A stretch of 64,000 nucleotides of DNA from the human T2T-CHM13v2.0 reference genome, Homo sapiens. How positions within the stretch are numbered: position 1 is the stretch's first letter; every line of letters begins with the position of its first letter. This document shows, piece after piece, positions 1-13,514 of the stretch. Location of the stretch: assembly GCF_009914755.1 (NCBI RefSeq), contig NC_060937.1; one strand, written 5' to 3'. The notes beneath the pieces were generated by a model. It made no database searches. It saw nothing but the letters and a program-made list of their open reading frames with translations, and was not told the origin of the DNA. Both the position numbers and the translations under genes were made by a program.

Positions 1-970
<970 letters not shown>

Positions 971-1018
971 TTATTTTGCTCGTTAGTTGATGCAGTTTCT
1001 TCCTAGCCTTGATGGTCT

Positions 1019-2028
1019 TTACAGTTTGGCATGTTTTTGCAGTGGCTGGTACTGGTTGTTCCTTTCTATGTTTAGTGCTTCCTTCAGGAGCTCTTTTAGG
1101 GCAGGCCTGGTGTGACAAAATCTCTCAGCATTTGCTTGTCTGTAAAGTATTTTATTTCTCCTTCACTTACGAAGCTTAGTTTGGCTGGATATGAAATTCT
1201 GGGTTGAAAATTCTTTTCTTTAAGAATGTTGAATATTGGCCCCCACTCTCTTCTGGCTTGTAGAGTTTCTGCCGAGACATCAGCTGTTAGTCTGATGGGC
1301 TTCCCTTTGTGGGCAACCCGACCTTTCTCTCTGGCTGCCCTTAACATTTTTTCCTTCATTTCAACTTTTGGTGAATGTGACAATTATGTGTCTTGAAGTT
1401 GCTCTTCTCAAGGAGTATCTTTGTGGCGTTCTCTGTATTTCCTGAATTTGAATGTTGGCCTGCCTTGCTGGATTTGGGGAAGTTCTCCTGGATAATATCC
1501 TGCAGAGTGTTTTCCAACTTAGTTCCATTCTCCCCGTCACTTTCAGGTCCACCAATTAGACATAGATTTGGTCTTTTCACATAGTCCCATATTTCTTGGA
1601 GGCTTTGTTCGTTTCTTTTTATTCTTTTTTCTCTAAACTTCTCTTCACGCTTCATTTCATTCATTTCATCTTCCATCGCTGATACCCTTTCCTCCAGTTG
1701 ATTGCATCGGTTACTGAGGCTTGTGCATTCATCGTGTAGTTCTTGTGCCGTGGTTTTCAGCTCCATCAGCTCCTTCAAGGACTTCTCTGCATTGATTATT
1801 TTAGTTATCCATTCGTCTAATTTTTTTTCAAAGTTTTTAACTTCTTTGCCATTGGTTCAAACTTCCTCCTTTAGCTCGGAGAAGTTTGATCTTCTGAAGC
1901 CTTCCTCTCTCAACTCGTCAAAGTCATTCTCTGTCCAGTTTTGTTCTGTTGCTGGTGAGGAGCTGCATTCCTTTGGAGGTGCTCTGATTTTTAGAGTTTC
2001 CAGTTTTTCTGCTCTGTTTTTTCCCCAT
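1019..2028 (-). pseudogene. L1 ORF1p, frameshifted
   Basis: ATGGGGAAAAAACAG start at 2028 and CATGCCAAACTGTAA stop at 1019. The reading frame is split across ORFs 1356..1778, 1361..1555 and 1096..1383. Confidence 0.9.
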
Positions 2029-3058
2029 CTTTTGGTTTTATCTACCTTTGGTCTTTGATGATGGTGACCTACAGATGGGATTTTGGTGTGGATGTCCTTT
2101 CTATTTGTTAGTTTTCCTTCTAACAGTCAGGACCCTCAGCTGCAGGTCTGTTGGAATTTACTGGAGGTCCACTCCAGACCCTGTTTGCCTAGGTATCAGC
2201 AGCGGTGGCTGCAGAACAGCGGATACTGGTGAACTGCTAATGCTGCTGTCTGATTGTTCTTCTGGAAGTTTTGTCTCAGAGGAGTACCCAGCCGTGTGAG
2301 GTGTCAGTCCGCCCCTACTGGGGGGTGCCTCCAAGTTAGGCTACTCGGGGGTCAGGGACCCACTTGAGGAGGCGGTCTGCCTGTTCTCAGATCTCAAGCT
2401 GCGTGCTCGGAGAACCACTCCTCTCTTCAAAGCTGTCAGACAGGGACATTTAAGTCTGCAGAGGTTATTGCTGTCTTTTGTTTGTCTGTGCCCTGCCCCC
2501 AGAGGTGGAGCCTACAGAGGCAGGCAGGCCTCCTTGAGCTGTGGTGGGCTCCACCCAGTTCCAGCTTCCCAGCTGGCCACCTTGTTTACCTACTCAAGCC
2601 TGAGCAATGGTGGGCGCCCCTCCACCAGCCTCGCTGCCGCCTTGCAGTTTGATCTCAGACTACTGTACTAGCAATGAACGAGGCTCCGTGGGCATAGAAC
2701 CCTCCGAGCTAGGTGCCGGATATAATCTCCTGGTGTGCCATTTGTGAAGCCCGTTGGAAAAGCGCAGTATTAGGGTGGGAGTGACCCGATTTTCCAGGTG
2801 CTGTTTGTCACCCCTTTCTTTGACTAGGAAAGGGAATTCCCTGACCCCTTGCGCTTCCCGGGTGAGGTTATGCCTTGCCCTGCTTCAGCTCACGCATGGT
2901 GCCCTGCACCCACTGTCTTGCACCCACTGTCCGGCACTCCCCTGTGAGATGAACCCAGTACCTCAGTTGGAAATGCAGAAATCACCCGTCTTCTGTGTCG
3001 CTCACTCTGGGAACTGTAGACTGGAGCTGTTCCTATTCGGCCATGTTGGCTCCACCCC
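2029..3058. promoter_or_regulatory. L1 5'UTR with sense promoter (pointing left) and antisense promoter (pointing right)
   Basis: Full-length L1PA 5'UTR with a YY1-like AACATGGC near the 5' end. Promoter function is established for L1PA 5'UTRs; activity of this copy is unknown. Confidence 0.6.
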
Positions 3059-3399
3059 AAGTCCAGAGAAGCTTATTGCTGGCGAGCGTGGAAACATGCA
3101 TGCATGGGTTTCTGTCTGAGTGCTGGAGCTCTGTAGAGCAAGGGCAGCTTGGGATGGCCTGCCAGTATGCCCTGGCAATTCTGTGTTACAGGTGCTGTCC
3201 TTTCTGCTCCTTGTGGTGTGACATGCCACAACTCATTTAACCCCCTGCCTGGGTATGTCTGACAAATTGAGAATATAGAACCTGATTTATCTAGAGTTTT
3301 GCCAGATAATGCATACGGGTGTCTGGTATACTCTCCTGAAAATATACTATGGTTATACAGAGAATTACAATAGCAAGTGACTGGGTACTTCCTGCAGAT

Positions 3400-5150
3400 G
3401 GCAGGGATAATAGAGGCCTCCCAGGAGGGCCACTATCTCGACTGAGATTGAGATCTGAGTGAGGAGCAGAGCCGGTGGTGTCCGCACCAGGGGAGGCAAA
3501 GCTGAGCGGAGGACACAGAGCATGGTGTGTTCTGAGGACAGGGCCACAGTCAGACAGGCAGGAAGGAAGGGGTTGGTGCAGGGGAGGGTGCAGGAAGAAG
3601 AGCAGAGGGGTGCACGGTAGCCAGACCACGGAGGTCTTTGTAAAGGACAGAGCAAGAAACTTGATTTTCCTGCAGATGGGATGGAGAGTCTTTGGAGAGC
3701 TTTAATAGGAAAATGACATGCTCTGATGTCTATTTCCAAAGCTCACCCTGCCTCTCTATGGGGAAAAAATAGGTGGTACAGGGGAAAGAGTGGAGGCAGG
3801 GAGTCCAGCTGGGTGATGGGGACTTGGAGTTGGGAGTCAGGTGGACATGAGGCACACAGCTGTGTTCGAGGATGCTGGGACCTGCCCAGGGACTGGAGTA
3901 GAAGCTGTCAACTGAAGAATAACCAGGATCATACATTTGGAAGAGCTTTATTTCTCATAAAGGGTTATAGCCTGCAGGCTGGCCATTCCTCCTGCTGGGA
4001 GGCAGAGCTGAGAGGGAGGGAGGATAAGACAGGAATTTATGCTGAAATTTCTGGGTGGCTGGAAATACATATTTAATGAGCTATAGGAGGAGTCATGAAT
4101 ATTTATGAGAGGAGAAACATGTACAGGCACAATTGAGTTCCATGCCTCTTCATGGATTACATGTTCAAAAAATGGCAGTGTTAGCATGATCTGAGGTGGA
4201 GTTTTCAGCCCTCTGACATGAAAAGGTGCAGTGGAGGACACCAGAACCTCACTGCATCCTCTGAGAGTCAGCCAAAACGTGTCCCAAGGTGGTCGTCAGT
4301 GTTTACGAAGGGATGTGTTGTGAGACAGGTGAGCTGTCACGTGGAAGAAGTGAAGAGGGAGGGGCATCTGGTCGCAGTTTCAGATGATTGGCTAAGGTGA
4401 TAAAGGAATGAGTTGTCCATTTCTCATTTTCCAGAGCTGATTTCTGCTTACTCCTTAGAAAGAGTTTTGGCTAAAGGTTAATAAGGAAGGGGCACACTGA
4501 GGCGTGTTCAACCTTATGTCTGATGTGGTCAAAAACTCCGTTTTTAAGGTTTCTCCAAGGTCTCCTTGGCCAAGAGGGGGTCTGTTCAGTTGCTTGGGGG
4601 CTTAAGATTTTATTTTTATTTCTCAAAGACCTGGGAGAGAGAAGTGTCCAAGGCACCTGCTAGAGTTTTACCTAAGCAAAGGGGTGGGAAGGTATTAGCG
4701 CTGTTGACTAAGATGGAAAACACGGGAGAAGAGGGGCTTGTGGAGAAACCACACCTCCATTCTAGCCACGTCCACTGCGAATGCAGGTGACACATGGAAG
4801 CAGCAGGAACACCCCTGAGCATCTTCATGGAGTTTGGATCAAGATGGAAGAAAAGCCCATGCGTTGTCTAAGGCTGCCTCATCTCAGAAGCCAATGGGCG
4901 GTGTAATTAGTGCTGAAAGGTGGGCTGGGGGATGACTGCATTGCTCTAGCAAGGAAGGAGGAGCAGGGAGCTGAAGGGAGACAGGTGGAGGAGGCCAAGC
5001 AACTGGCTAAGCCCATGAGGGCTAAGGGAGGCCTAAAATGCGGGACATTGGAGAGGAAATGTTCTGGAAGCTTCTACAGGCAAACTGCATTGTACTGGAA
5101 GGGGCCGATGAATAGTGCTGGGTCAAGGGTTTTTAAGTGGAATTGAGAAT
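3400..5150 (-). mobile_element. L2 fragments, interrupted by an LTR
   Basis: Degenerate purine-rich L2-like sequence (ccagaccacggaggtctttgtaaagg...aaatgacatgctctgatgtctatttccaaagctcacc) that resumes after 4626. Confidence 0.6.
3906..4625 (-). mobile_element. MER39-like (ERV1/MER4 group) solo LTR
   Basis: TG...CA ends; minus strand starts TGAGAAATAAAAATAAAATCTTAAGCCCCCAAGCAACTGAACAGACCCCCTCTTGGCCAAG; imperfect 4-bp TSD aagc/aaga. Confidence 0.75.
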
Positions 5151-6795
5151 AAGGGAAGCAGAAAGGTGGTTTGAAGAGGCGAAAAAAGGAAAATGGACTG
5201 AACCGAAAGGGCCTTGGGAGTGTTATGGGATTGGAGAACTTTTCCTAAATAATTTAGGAGCTCCAGTAGAATTTATGTTTATGTGAAAGAAAAAAAAAAA
5301 ACCACATGTTACTTAGAATTGGGAAGTTTTGTGCACCCATGTCTAGGAATTAAATTTTATATGAATTCATATATTATATATTATATATACATAATTTAAA
5401 TTGTGATTTTTAAGAAGAAATCAAATCAACCAGCAAGGGCAAAATAAAAATTTTAATTATCTATTTGTTTTTCCATTATTTTTATACACAAATCTTAGAA
5501 GCAGGAACAGAGTAGTTTCAAAGGCCAGTTTCTGAGACATGCTTAAAATTGGCGCTGATAACAAAGAAACTACTATGAATGGCTGAGGTTTCAAAGTTAG
5601 ATTAGAGTTCACTCTAGATCGTATTTGCTAAGCTAGTAAAGCCGTGTAGGCTTGTTCTAGCCTGTTGGCTGGGAAACTATCTCTAAACAGGATGTGGTGA
5701 TTATTTGTGAATGATCATTACTCATTCTGACAACAGATCCTCACTGCATGCCCAAGGGGACATCCCCTTTTAAACATGCGTATAAAGATGACTCAAGTAC
5801 GAATATCATATGTACAGCGTATCAATATTAGCTGACCTACCAAATCTGAAAATGCTTAAGTAAAGATAATACACAATAATCTAGTTATATTAAGCTATAT
5901 TCGGGATCCATTAAGTAGCCTCATAGTTATAGAAAAGGATAACAAAAAAATTTTTTGGCAATCTAGTGGAATAGGGGTATGGGGTTTAAAAAGGACAATG
6001 AAAAAGTTCACTGAGCAGGAAAGGAATGGAAGATTGCTCAACAGATCTACAGGAAACCATTCCCCCGCCATCACCTCTGCATTTCAAAAAGCAAATGCAA
6101 TTCCGGTCAGAAGACATTGTCTACTTCGGAGTGATATGCTTATAATCTATCTGTGTGTGTTTTTTAACTCTTACAGTGAAGCTTCAATTATATCTTCTTA
6201 ACCCCTTCCCAAAGCCTTGGGAAACACTGGACATTTTTCTATATAAGCAGATTGGGTTATTTGTCCAAATGACGGGTGTTTTTGAACTAGGACATCTAGC
6301 TTCTATCCATAGGAAACCCCATATCTGGTGGGCAAAGAATAGAGTATAAATATTATGTATCTGATATTTACACTTTGGGCCATAAGTGTTTGAAACAGTT
6401 ATATCTATTCATGTGAAATTTCTGTTCACATTATAGCAACAACATCAATTTAAAAAAAAAAAAACAAAAAAGAATTCCCCAAGACTGTCCATTCTGCGTG
6501 TGTGTATGCACGTGTGTGTGCATGTGCAGGCATTTTGCACCATGCTGCAAAACAGCTCCTCTTCCTACATTTGCCCTTGACTGTTCATCTCCCAAGACTC
6601 AGGTCTTCATTCTCCTCTGCACGTTCCTGTGCTTTCAACCCGTCTTATAGTGACCCCAATTCTATGTGTTCAGCCCAGACCTCTTCCTGAACCACAGGCC
6701 CACGCTGGTTGAGTGAATTTCCAGTTTTCAGTACGACATTTCCTCCTAAATGTCTGTGGTCTTTCGGTCCCTGAAAATCAACTGTCAAACTATTA

Positions 6796-7029
<234 letters not shown>

Positions 7030-7876
7030 TTCCGGTCTCCTGCCATAGCTCCTGTCTTGGTTTCAGGTTACTCATACTAGGAACGCAGAGACTTATTCTT
7101 GACTTTTCTCTCTCCCACAGTCTCCATACGCAAACAGCCCCCAGATATGGCTGCTTTAACCCTGCCGTTGCATTTGAATCTTTCCTTTCCTTCCTGCTGC
7201 CCCTCCACCACAGACCCTGCTAGGTCTGACTGCCATGGCTCTCTTCTTTCCCTTCACCTCAATCTCACATGTCACTTCCCACTAACCCCACCTGGTCTCC
7301 CATCCTCCATCCTGTCCCCTCTAAGTCTGTTCTTCATTGGAATGATCCTTTCAGAACCTGAATCACTCATGTCATTCATTCCTCTGTTCAGAAACTTGCC
7401 GTGGCTTCTGGCCTCATTAAGAGAGTAAGTCTAAGTCCTTGCAATGATCCAGACCACTGTTGATTATCCCTGCCACTGCTGTCCTTGCTCATTGCTCTCT
7501 GCCACGGTGGTCTCGTTATTCAACGTCCCTGGGTAGATTTTGTCTTTAGGTTCTGAACTTGCTGTTCCCTTTGCCCTCAGCCCTCTCGAGGGGTCACTCA
7601 GATCCTCAGCACTGCCCTCCTCAGTGGACCGACATCGACACCTTACCCTGTTTCCAAGTCACTTTTCACCTCTGGACACACTGTGGGATTTACTTATTTC
7701 TTTGGCTTGTTTTCCCACACACATTCACACAATGTATAAGCTCTATGAGGCTGCAGTTTTTGTCTGTTCTGCAGTTGATTTCTCAGCTTCTAACAGGAAG
7801 TAAATAAGTAGTTTTTAAGTAAATGAATGTGAATCTTCTGGGGAGCATTTAAAAAAAAACTGTTGTACAAACTCTG

Positions 7877-8110
7877 CAGATTGAGGATCCCTTATCCACA
7901 ATACTTGGAATCACTGGTGTTTCGGATTTTGATTTTTTCAGATTTTTGAATATTTGCATTGGACTTACCAGTTGATCATCCCTGGTCTGAAAACCTGAGA
8001 TCCAAAGTGCTCTAGCAAGCGTTTCCTCTGAGCGTCATAGCACACTCAAAAAGTTCTGGGTTTTGAAGCATTTCAGATTTCACATTTTTGGATTCGTGAT
8101 GCTCAACCTA
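7877..8110. mobile_element. Tigger4a/MER46A-like MITE
   Basis: Terminal inverted repeats cagattgaggatcc...gatgctcaaccta with ttcggatttt subrepeats. Confidence 0.8.
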
Positions 8111-8112
8111 TA

Positions 8113-8220
8113 CCTTGGACCTGTCAAATCAGAAACCTTGGGGAGTCTGATCCAAGAGATGATACTTTTTCAAGGTTCCCCGGTAATCCACTGCCCAGCT
8201 CAGGCTGAGCGCCATTGCTG
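8113..8220. mobile_element. MER5-like hAT fragment (left part probably at ~7835-7876, split by Tigger4a)
   Basis: ggacctgtcaaatcagaaaccttgggg...tttttcaaggttccccggtaatcc...ggctgagcgccattg. Confidence 0.55.
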
Positions 8221-8999
8221 CCAGACAGATTTCCTAAACCGTGGACATCATCCCACCTTCATGCCCTTCGACATTCTCCGTTTCCTCATAGAATCATGCC
8301 CAGACTCAAAGTGACAGTCACAAACCCGCACCCGTTGCCCCAGGGGCCTTTTGGCCTCGTGTCCTGCCCCTCACCATGCGCCTCTTCCTGCCTGCCGGAA
8401 GCGCTGTTGTCTTCCCTTGGGTGTGTTGCTGCCTCGTGCCCTCCCTTGCCTTTGCCTGTGCTGTTGCTCTGCTGAAAATACTTTCTTTCCATTCTCTGAT
8501 GGGTGAGTTGCTCAAGGATAAAGTTTGGATTCAAATGTCAGTGTTATAGTTTTCCCTAATGCTCTCTCTTTTTCCTCACATCTCCCCCCGGTAATTAATG
8601 GTTGCTTATATAACACATTGTGTGTCATATCCATATCCTACACCATTGGAGTTCCTCATTCTCTCATCAGACTCTGAGCACCTGAAGGATAAGAACATTT
8701 CATTGATTTATCCTCAACATTCAGCGAATAATCACATATAGTTCTTTTACCCTCAGTGTCTGCCAAATTGTCAAATATGGTTGTTTAGTGTGCCAAAACA
8801 AAAGTTATGTTATTGATGTGAGGTATCTCTTTATCAAGTTTTTCCGAGTATTCAGTAGTCAGATACCTGCATGCGCATGGCTGTAAGCATGTGTACGCCC
8901 CACCCCCGCCACCGCCCCGAGGAGAAGAGTGTGTGCCCAGCCTGGGCCCTTGGTCCTGAAGGGAGAGCACGTCACCCATTGTCATGTTATTATCCATTA

Positions 9000-10340
9000 A
9001 CGTGACATTGTATCTTCTCTCTACCCAGAGACATCACCCATCTTCTCCTCATTCCTGAAGACCTAACTTTAGCCTCTACTACTCTCTCTTTCCGCAGATA
9101 ACCTTCTTAGGTACTTTACTTACTTAAAAAAAAAATTTTTAAGGGATGCTTTCTAAGTGACATCTCTTATACACTCATTTCTAAAACGATAAGTTTTTCT
9201 CTTCCTCTCCGAATTTAGTTTCCTATTATCCTGATCTATCACTTCTTAACGGACACTGATTCTGCTCTAAGCCTCTTTCACTTATTTTTATATGCTCTCT
9301 CTCTCTCTCTCTCTCTTACTTCCCTGTTGGTCTTTCAGTTTTCTGGTTTCTCCTAGCATTAAATAAAAACAAGAGCAGTAGCCGTCCTGCCTGGTATCCC
9401 GTGCTATCCCTGTGCTCCCTCCTCCACAGTTTCGCCAACAGCGGTTGGTGCGTGTTGAGTTTCTGTTCACACCTCCGGCCCCTCTCCATGCCCTCTGCAG
9501 GCCGCTGCCATCTGGGTTTCTCTGGAAGTGCAGAGGCCACAGGTTGCAATCTACACTCCAGCCTCGGTGCCTGTCTCTGCCCTGGTTCTCCTCTGCCAGC
9601 TGACCTCTTGCCTTCTGATTCCCAGAAGGACAGGGCGTTGGTTCCTGTGATTTTCCACTCTCCTGGGGCCCCTTCCTGCCTCTAGAGTGGCCATGCCCAT
9701 CTCAGCCCTTCCTCGCCCTAAGGGCTATCAAACCATAAATGAGAGAACTTGCCAGAAAGCCTGAGGCCACGGAAACATTCCACACACTGTGTTTTCCTTC
9801 CCAAGTCTTGGTTATTTCCTCTTTGTTCTTTGTCTATACTCCTCAAGCAAACCTCTTTCTTGAAATATTACACTTCTCCCAACTCTCTCTGCAGTTTTTT
9901 TTCTAGCACCAGTCTATATTTGCCTGCATGATGAGGCCTTACCTTAAACTTTACATGTCTAAAACACATCTTTTGTCTTCCTCATCCTTTTTAAAATAAG
10001 TCCTTCCAGATTTCTATCTTTTTGTCATTCATCTTCTGACTCTAGTGCCCCAAGTCTCTGATCATCTCTGTATTCCTCCCCCTTTATTTGCCCTTCATGG
10101 CCAGCCAGTCTTTGCATCCTTTCACTACCCTCCCCGCCCCCCGCCCAATCCTAGCATAAACTTTCATATCCTGTATTACTTCCTGTCTTCAATCTCTTCT
10201 TTTGTATTACAGCTACAAACTTGACCTTTCTGAAAGCCTGTTTTCATTGTGTCACTCTGCTCAGAATCTGCAGTGATGCCCTTATTTCTCTTCCAGGATT
10301 AGGTAACTCTACCCAGTCTTCAAGGGTTTCCACAGCATGC
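9000..10340 (+). mobile_element. Degenerate L2 fragments
   Basis: L2-like pyrimidine-rich tracts (accttaaactttacatgtctaaaacac; attgtgtcactctgctcagaatctgcagtga). Confidence 0.45.
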
Positions 10341-10837
10341 CCCACCTTAGCAATTCCCAGCACCCCGAGGCCTGAGCAGCGGTGGGGTCTCCTGTCTCCT
10401 CTCCTCTCTGCCTTTTGATGAATGCTCTTGTTCTTCCTGTATGAAACGCTCCCCCGCCTTCTCTCTCCCCCTCTTGCCGTATATCTCCTTTCTTTCTCTT
10501 CTTGTTCTTCTGTGAGTACATCTGTCACAGGCCCTTGGTTTTCTGTCACTGCTTCTACTTAACTATTGAGATGACAGAATGAGAGCCTTCAGATGGGAAA
10601 TCCTGGTTTCCAATGTTGCTTAAAGTCTTACCACTTTATTAAGCAAGCCTAAAGCTCAGTGGCAGAGTCCCTGAGTAAGCCATGTCTTCGTCTCTTTCTC
10701 CCTGGTGATCAACTCTGTACTTGGAGCATGGATCCTTAATAAGTATGTTTTGTTAATGAACAGTCAAACAGATAGAAAAGACTCACGAAACTGTTTATTG
10801 TATTCCAACAAATGATAGCTTTGAAAAGAAGCTAACC

Positions 10838-11257
10838 TGGTGGCTCACGCCTGTAATCCCAGCACTTTGGGAGGCTGAAGCGGGCGGATCACTTGAGGTC
10901 AGGAGTTTGAGACCAGCCTGGTCAACATGGTGAAACCCCGTCTCTACCAAAAATGCAAAAAACTAGCCGGCGTGGTAGTGCACACCTGTAGTCCCAGCTA
11001 CTCCGGAGGCTGAGGCAGGAGAATCACTTGAACCTGGGAGGCAGAGGCTGCGGTGAGTAACCACTGTGCTACCCGTGTGGAGATCGCGCCACTGCACTCC
11101 AGCCTGGGCGACAGAGCGAGACTCCATGTGGAGATCACGCCACTGCACTCCAGCTTGGGCAACAAAGCAAGACTCCATGTGGAGATCACGCCAGTGCACT
11201 CCAGCCTGGCAGGAGAGCGAGACTCCATCTCAAAAATAAATAAAAAAATAAAATAAA
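10838..11257 (+). mobile_element. AluS with internal insertion and 3x51-bp tandem repeat in the right arm
   Basis: Alu dimer with A-rich tail; TSD aaaagaagctaa / aaaaggagctaa. Confidence 0.92.
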
Positions 11258-12960
11258 AGGAGCTAAGTTAAAGTTGAATGCTCAGTTGGATAATCGTTTA
11301 CTAACAATTGATAGGAGCTTGGCCTCTGGTGAGTTTCTAGATGACAGTGGTCTTAGACCTGTCTCTATCCCTTGCTGTTTTCATTCATACAGTAAAGAGG
11401 TTTATTGACTGAGCCACTCAACAACCATTTCGTAATATCTATGATGGGGATACGTTGATCTTTAAGGGTCCTTTCAACTGTAAAACAGCGTTGATGACAT
11501 TTTCTGAAGACAAACAAACACTCAAAAGCCTTACTTCTTAACAGGCCTGTTGAAGATTTTCTTTTTCCCATCTTTGCCATCACAGGCTTTCTTTACACTC
11601 CCTCCACTCCACTCCACCCCTGCTTTTTCTTGTCCTAACTCTATGTCTACACCAAGGCTAGGCCCTTGTGCTTTTAGCTGCCAAACACCGTATACTCTTA
11701 AATAAAAACAGTAGAATTTGAGTAAAAAGAGATTTTCTTAGAGTTCTGTGATGGACCAAGCATGAAATGATACAGCCAACTCTACGAGGAAATAGGAAAT
11801 AGGACCTTGAAGGTTCTTTTCAGAGTTAAACTGTCCTGTTGGATTGCTTGTTCATTTTAAGACTTTGACTTATTTTAGATATTTTTTTCAGATAAAAGTT
11901 CGGTGATGACAAATGAACTCTACAGTCTGGCATCTACCCTAGCAGACTATCAAAATTGAAATGATTAATATAACATTCGTCATTTGAGATAAATACCTTA
12001 GAAATCTCATTTAAAGATAGTCATGTAACGCCCCATGGTTTTCTACCGAGGCGTGCTTTCTTTGCTCCTATGTCTGTAGGGCAGTTTTCTAATGCAGTGG
12101 TGTCAGTAGTTACCGTAAGTCAGCAGTCATTGTGTGCAGCTCTAGTCCGAGCACTTTAGGTCTGTGGTAACAGTGACTTAGGTGTGTTGAACATAGTTTC
12201 ACCCTTCAAGTTGTCTTGTCCAGCTGGGATTACAGAGGAAATGAGAATTTCCTAATTAGTCAGTTAGACTGATCTTGGATACTTTCATCTTTGCAACGTC
12301 TTGTCTTACAAGAAAGTAATGAAGCCGAGATTGTTCTTCCTATTTAGAATAGACCAGGGTGTCCACAAGGCCTCAGGTCCTTCCGAGGTGTCTTGTAACA
12401 GCATTCCACAACAGCTGTTCTGTTTTAAGGCTCAGTGCACTCCACAAATTCCAGACGCCCCATGGCTGCTACAGTTGCTGAATGGTGACTTCAGGCTTCA
12501 CTTGGTTCAAGCCTCAAGGGGGCTGAGCCAAAGCTGGCATGACTTGCTCTTCAGCAACAAGTTCCAAATAGAGAAAACATTTCAAATACCAACTGACTGC
12601 TGCTTTCTTCAAAAGAAACTGCCTTCAGAGGAGAAGCTCTTCCCTGTGCTCATGATCCTGGTTCCATGACTTCCACAGCATTTTCATTTCCCAGCCCTTC
12701 TGTGGTGGGGACAGTCGATCTAGTGATTGTGAATAATTTTAGTGTGCAATGCTTAACTTTTACAAAACAAGCCAACAAAGCTGAAAATATTATTTGGATG
12801 ATAAGAGGAGCAAACAACCTTAAGGAATATTTTTAAAGTGTGGATTTAAATTGAATCGTAATATTAAATTTTTAGGTTTGGTACCATGTACCTTGAACTT
12901 CAAGGATTGTTATTTACCAGTAATATCTACATATTAAATCTTTATTTAAACCTGATATCA

Positions 12961-13300
12961 GGAGGAGGAGGGTGGGGAGAGAATGGTCAATGGGTACAGA
13001 ATTCCAATTAGAAAGGAACAGTAAATGCTGGTGTTCTATTGCAAAGTAGAGTGACATACTAGTCCCCCAAAATGATCTTAGTACCTGCTACTCTAGTCAA
13101 CAAGGTATTATATATCTCAAAATACCTAGAGGAAAGGATTTTGTACGTTCCCACCTCAAATAAATGATAAAATATTTGCAGTGATGAATGTGCTCATTAG
13201 ACTTATTTGATAACTACACAATGTAAATATGTACCAAAACATCACATCGTACCCCATAAATATGTATAATTATGTTTCAATTAAAAATAACTTTTTAAAA
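12961..13300 (+). mobile_element. L1MA-like 3' end
   Basis: gggtacagaattccaattag...aacatcacatcgtaccccataaatatgtataattat; TSD-like aaacctgatat / aaagctgatat. Confidence 0.8.
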
Positions 13301-13380
13301 AGCTGATATATTTTAGCTGAGTGTGAAAGCTCTGCAAATACAGTAGAGTTGTTGATTAATTTTTCGTATTATTATGCATT

Positions 13381-13427
13381 TTAGGTTGGTGTAAAAGTCA
13401 ACCGCAATTACTTTTATACCAACCTAA
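13381..13427. mobile_element. MADE1 (Hsmar1 MITE), internally deleted
   Basis: ttaggttggtgtaaaagt...ccgcaattacttttataccaacctaa matches both Hsmar1/MADE1 termini; 47 bp against a consensus of about 80 bp. Confidence 0.85.
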
Positions 13428-13514
13428 AATACGTAATACAATATTTACTTCCTTGAAAAGGAAATCCTTAATGCACATTTAAATTATGAGTTCCCAGAAT
13501 AATGTGGCTGGTAA

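Noticed and set aside
11076-11231. Regular repeats (also 25791-25859 and 43901-43972) as a CRISPR-like array
   Set aside because: Head-to-tail units with no unique spacers, in eukaryotic repeat context; the 51-mer is Alu sequence.
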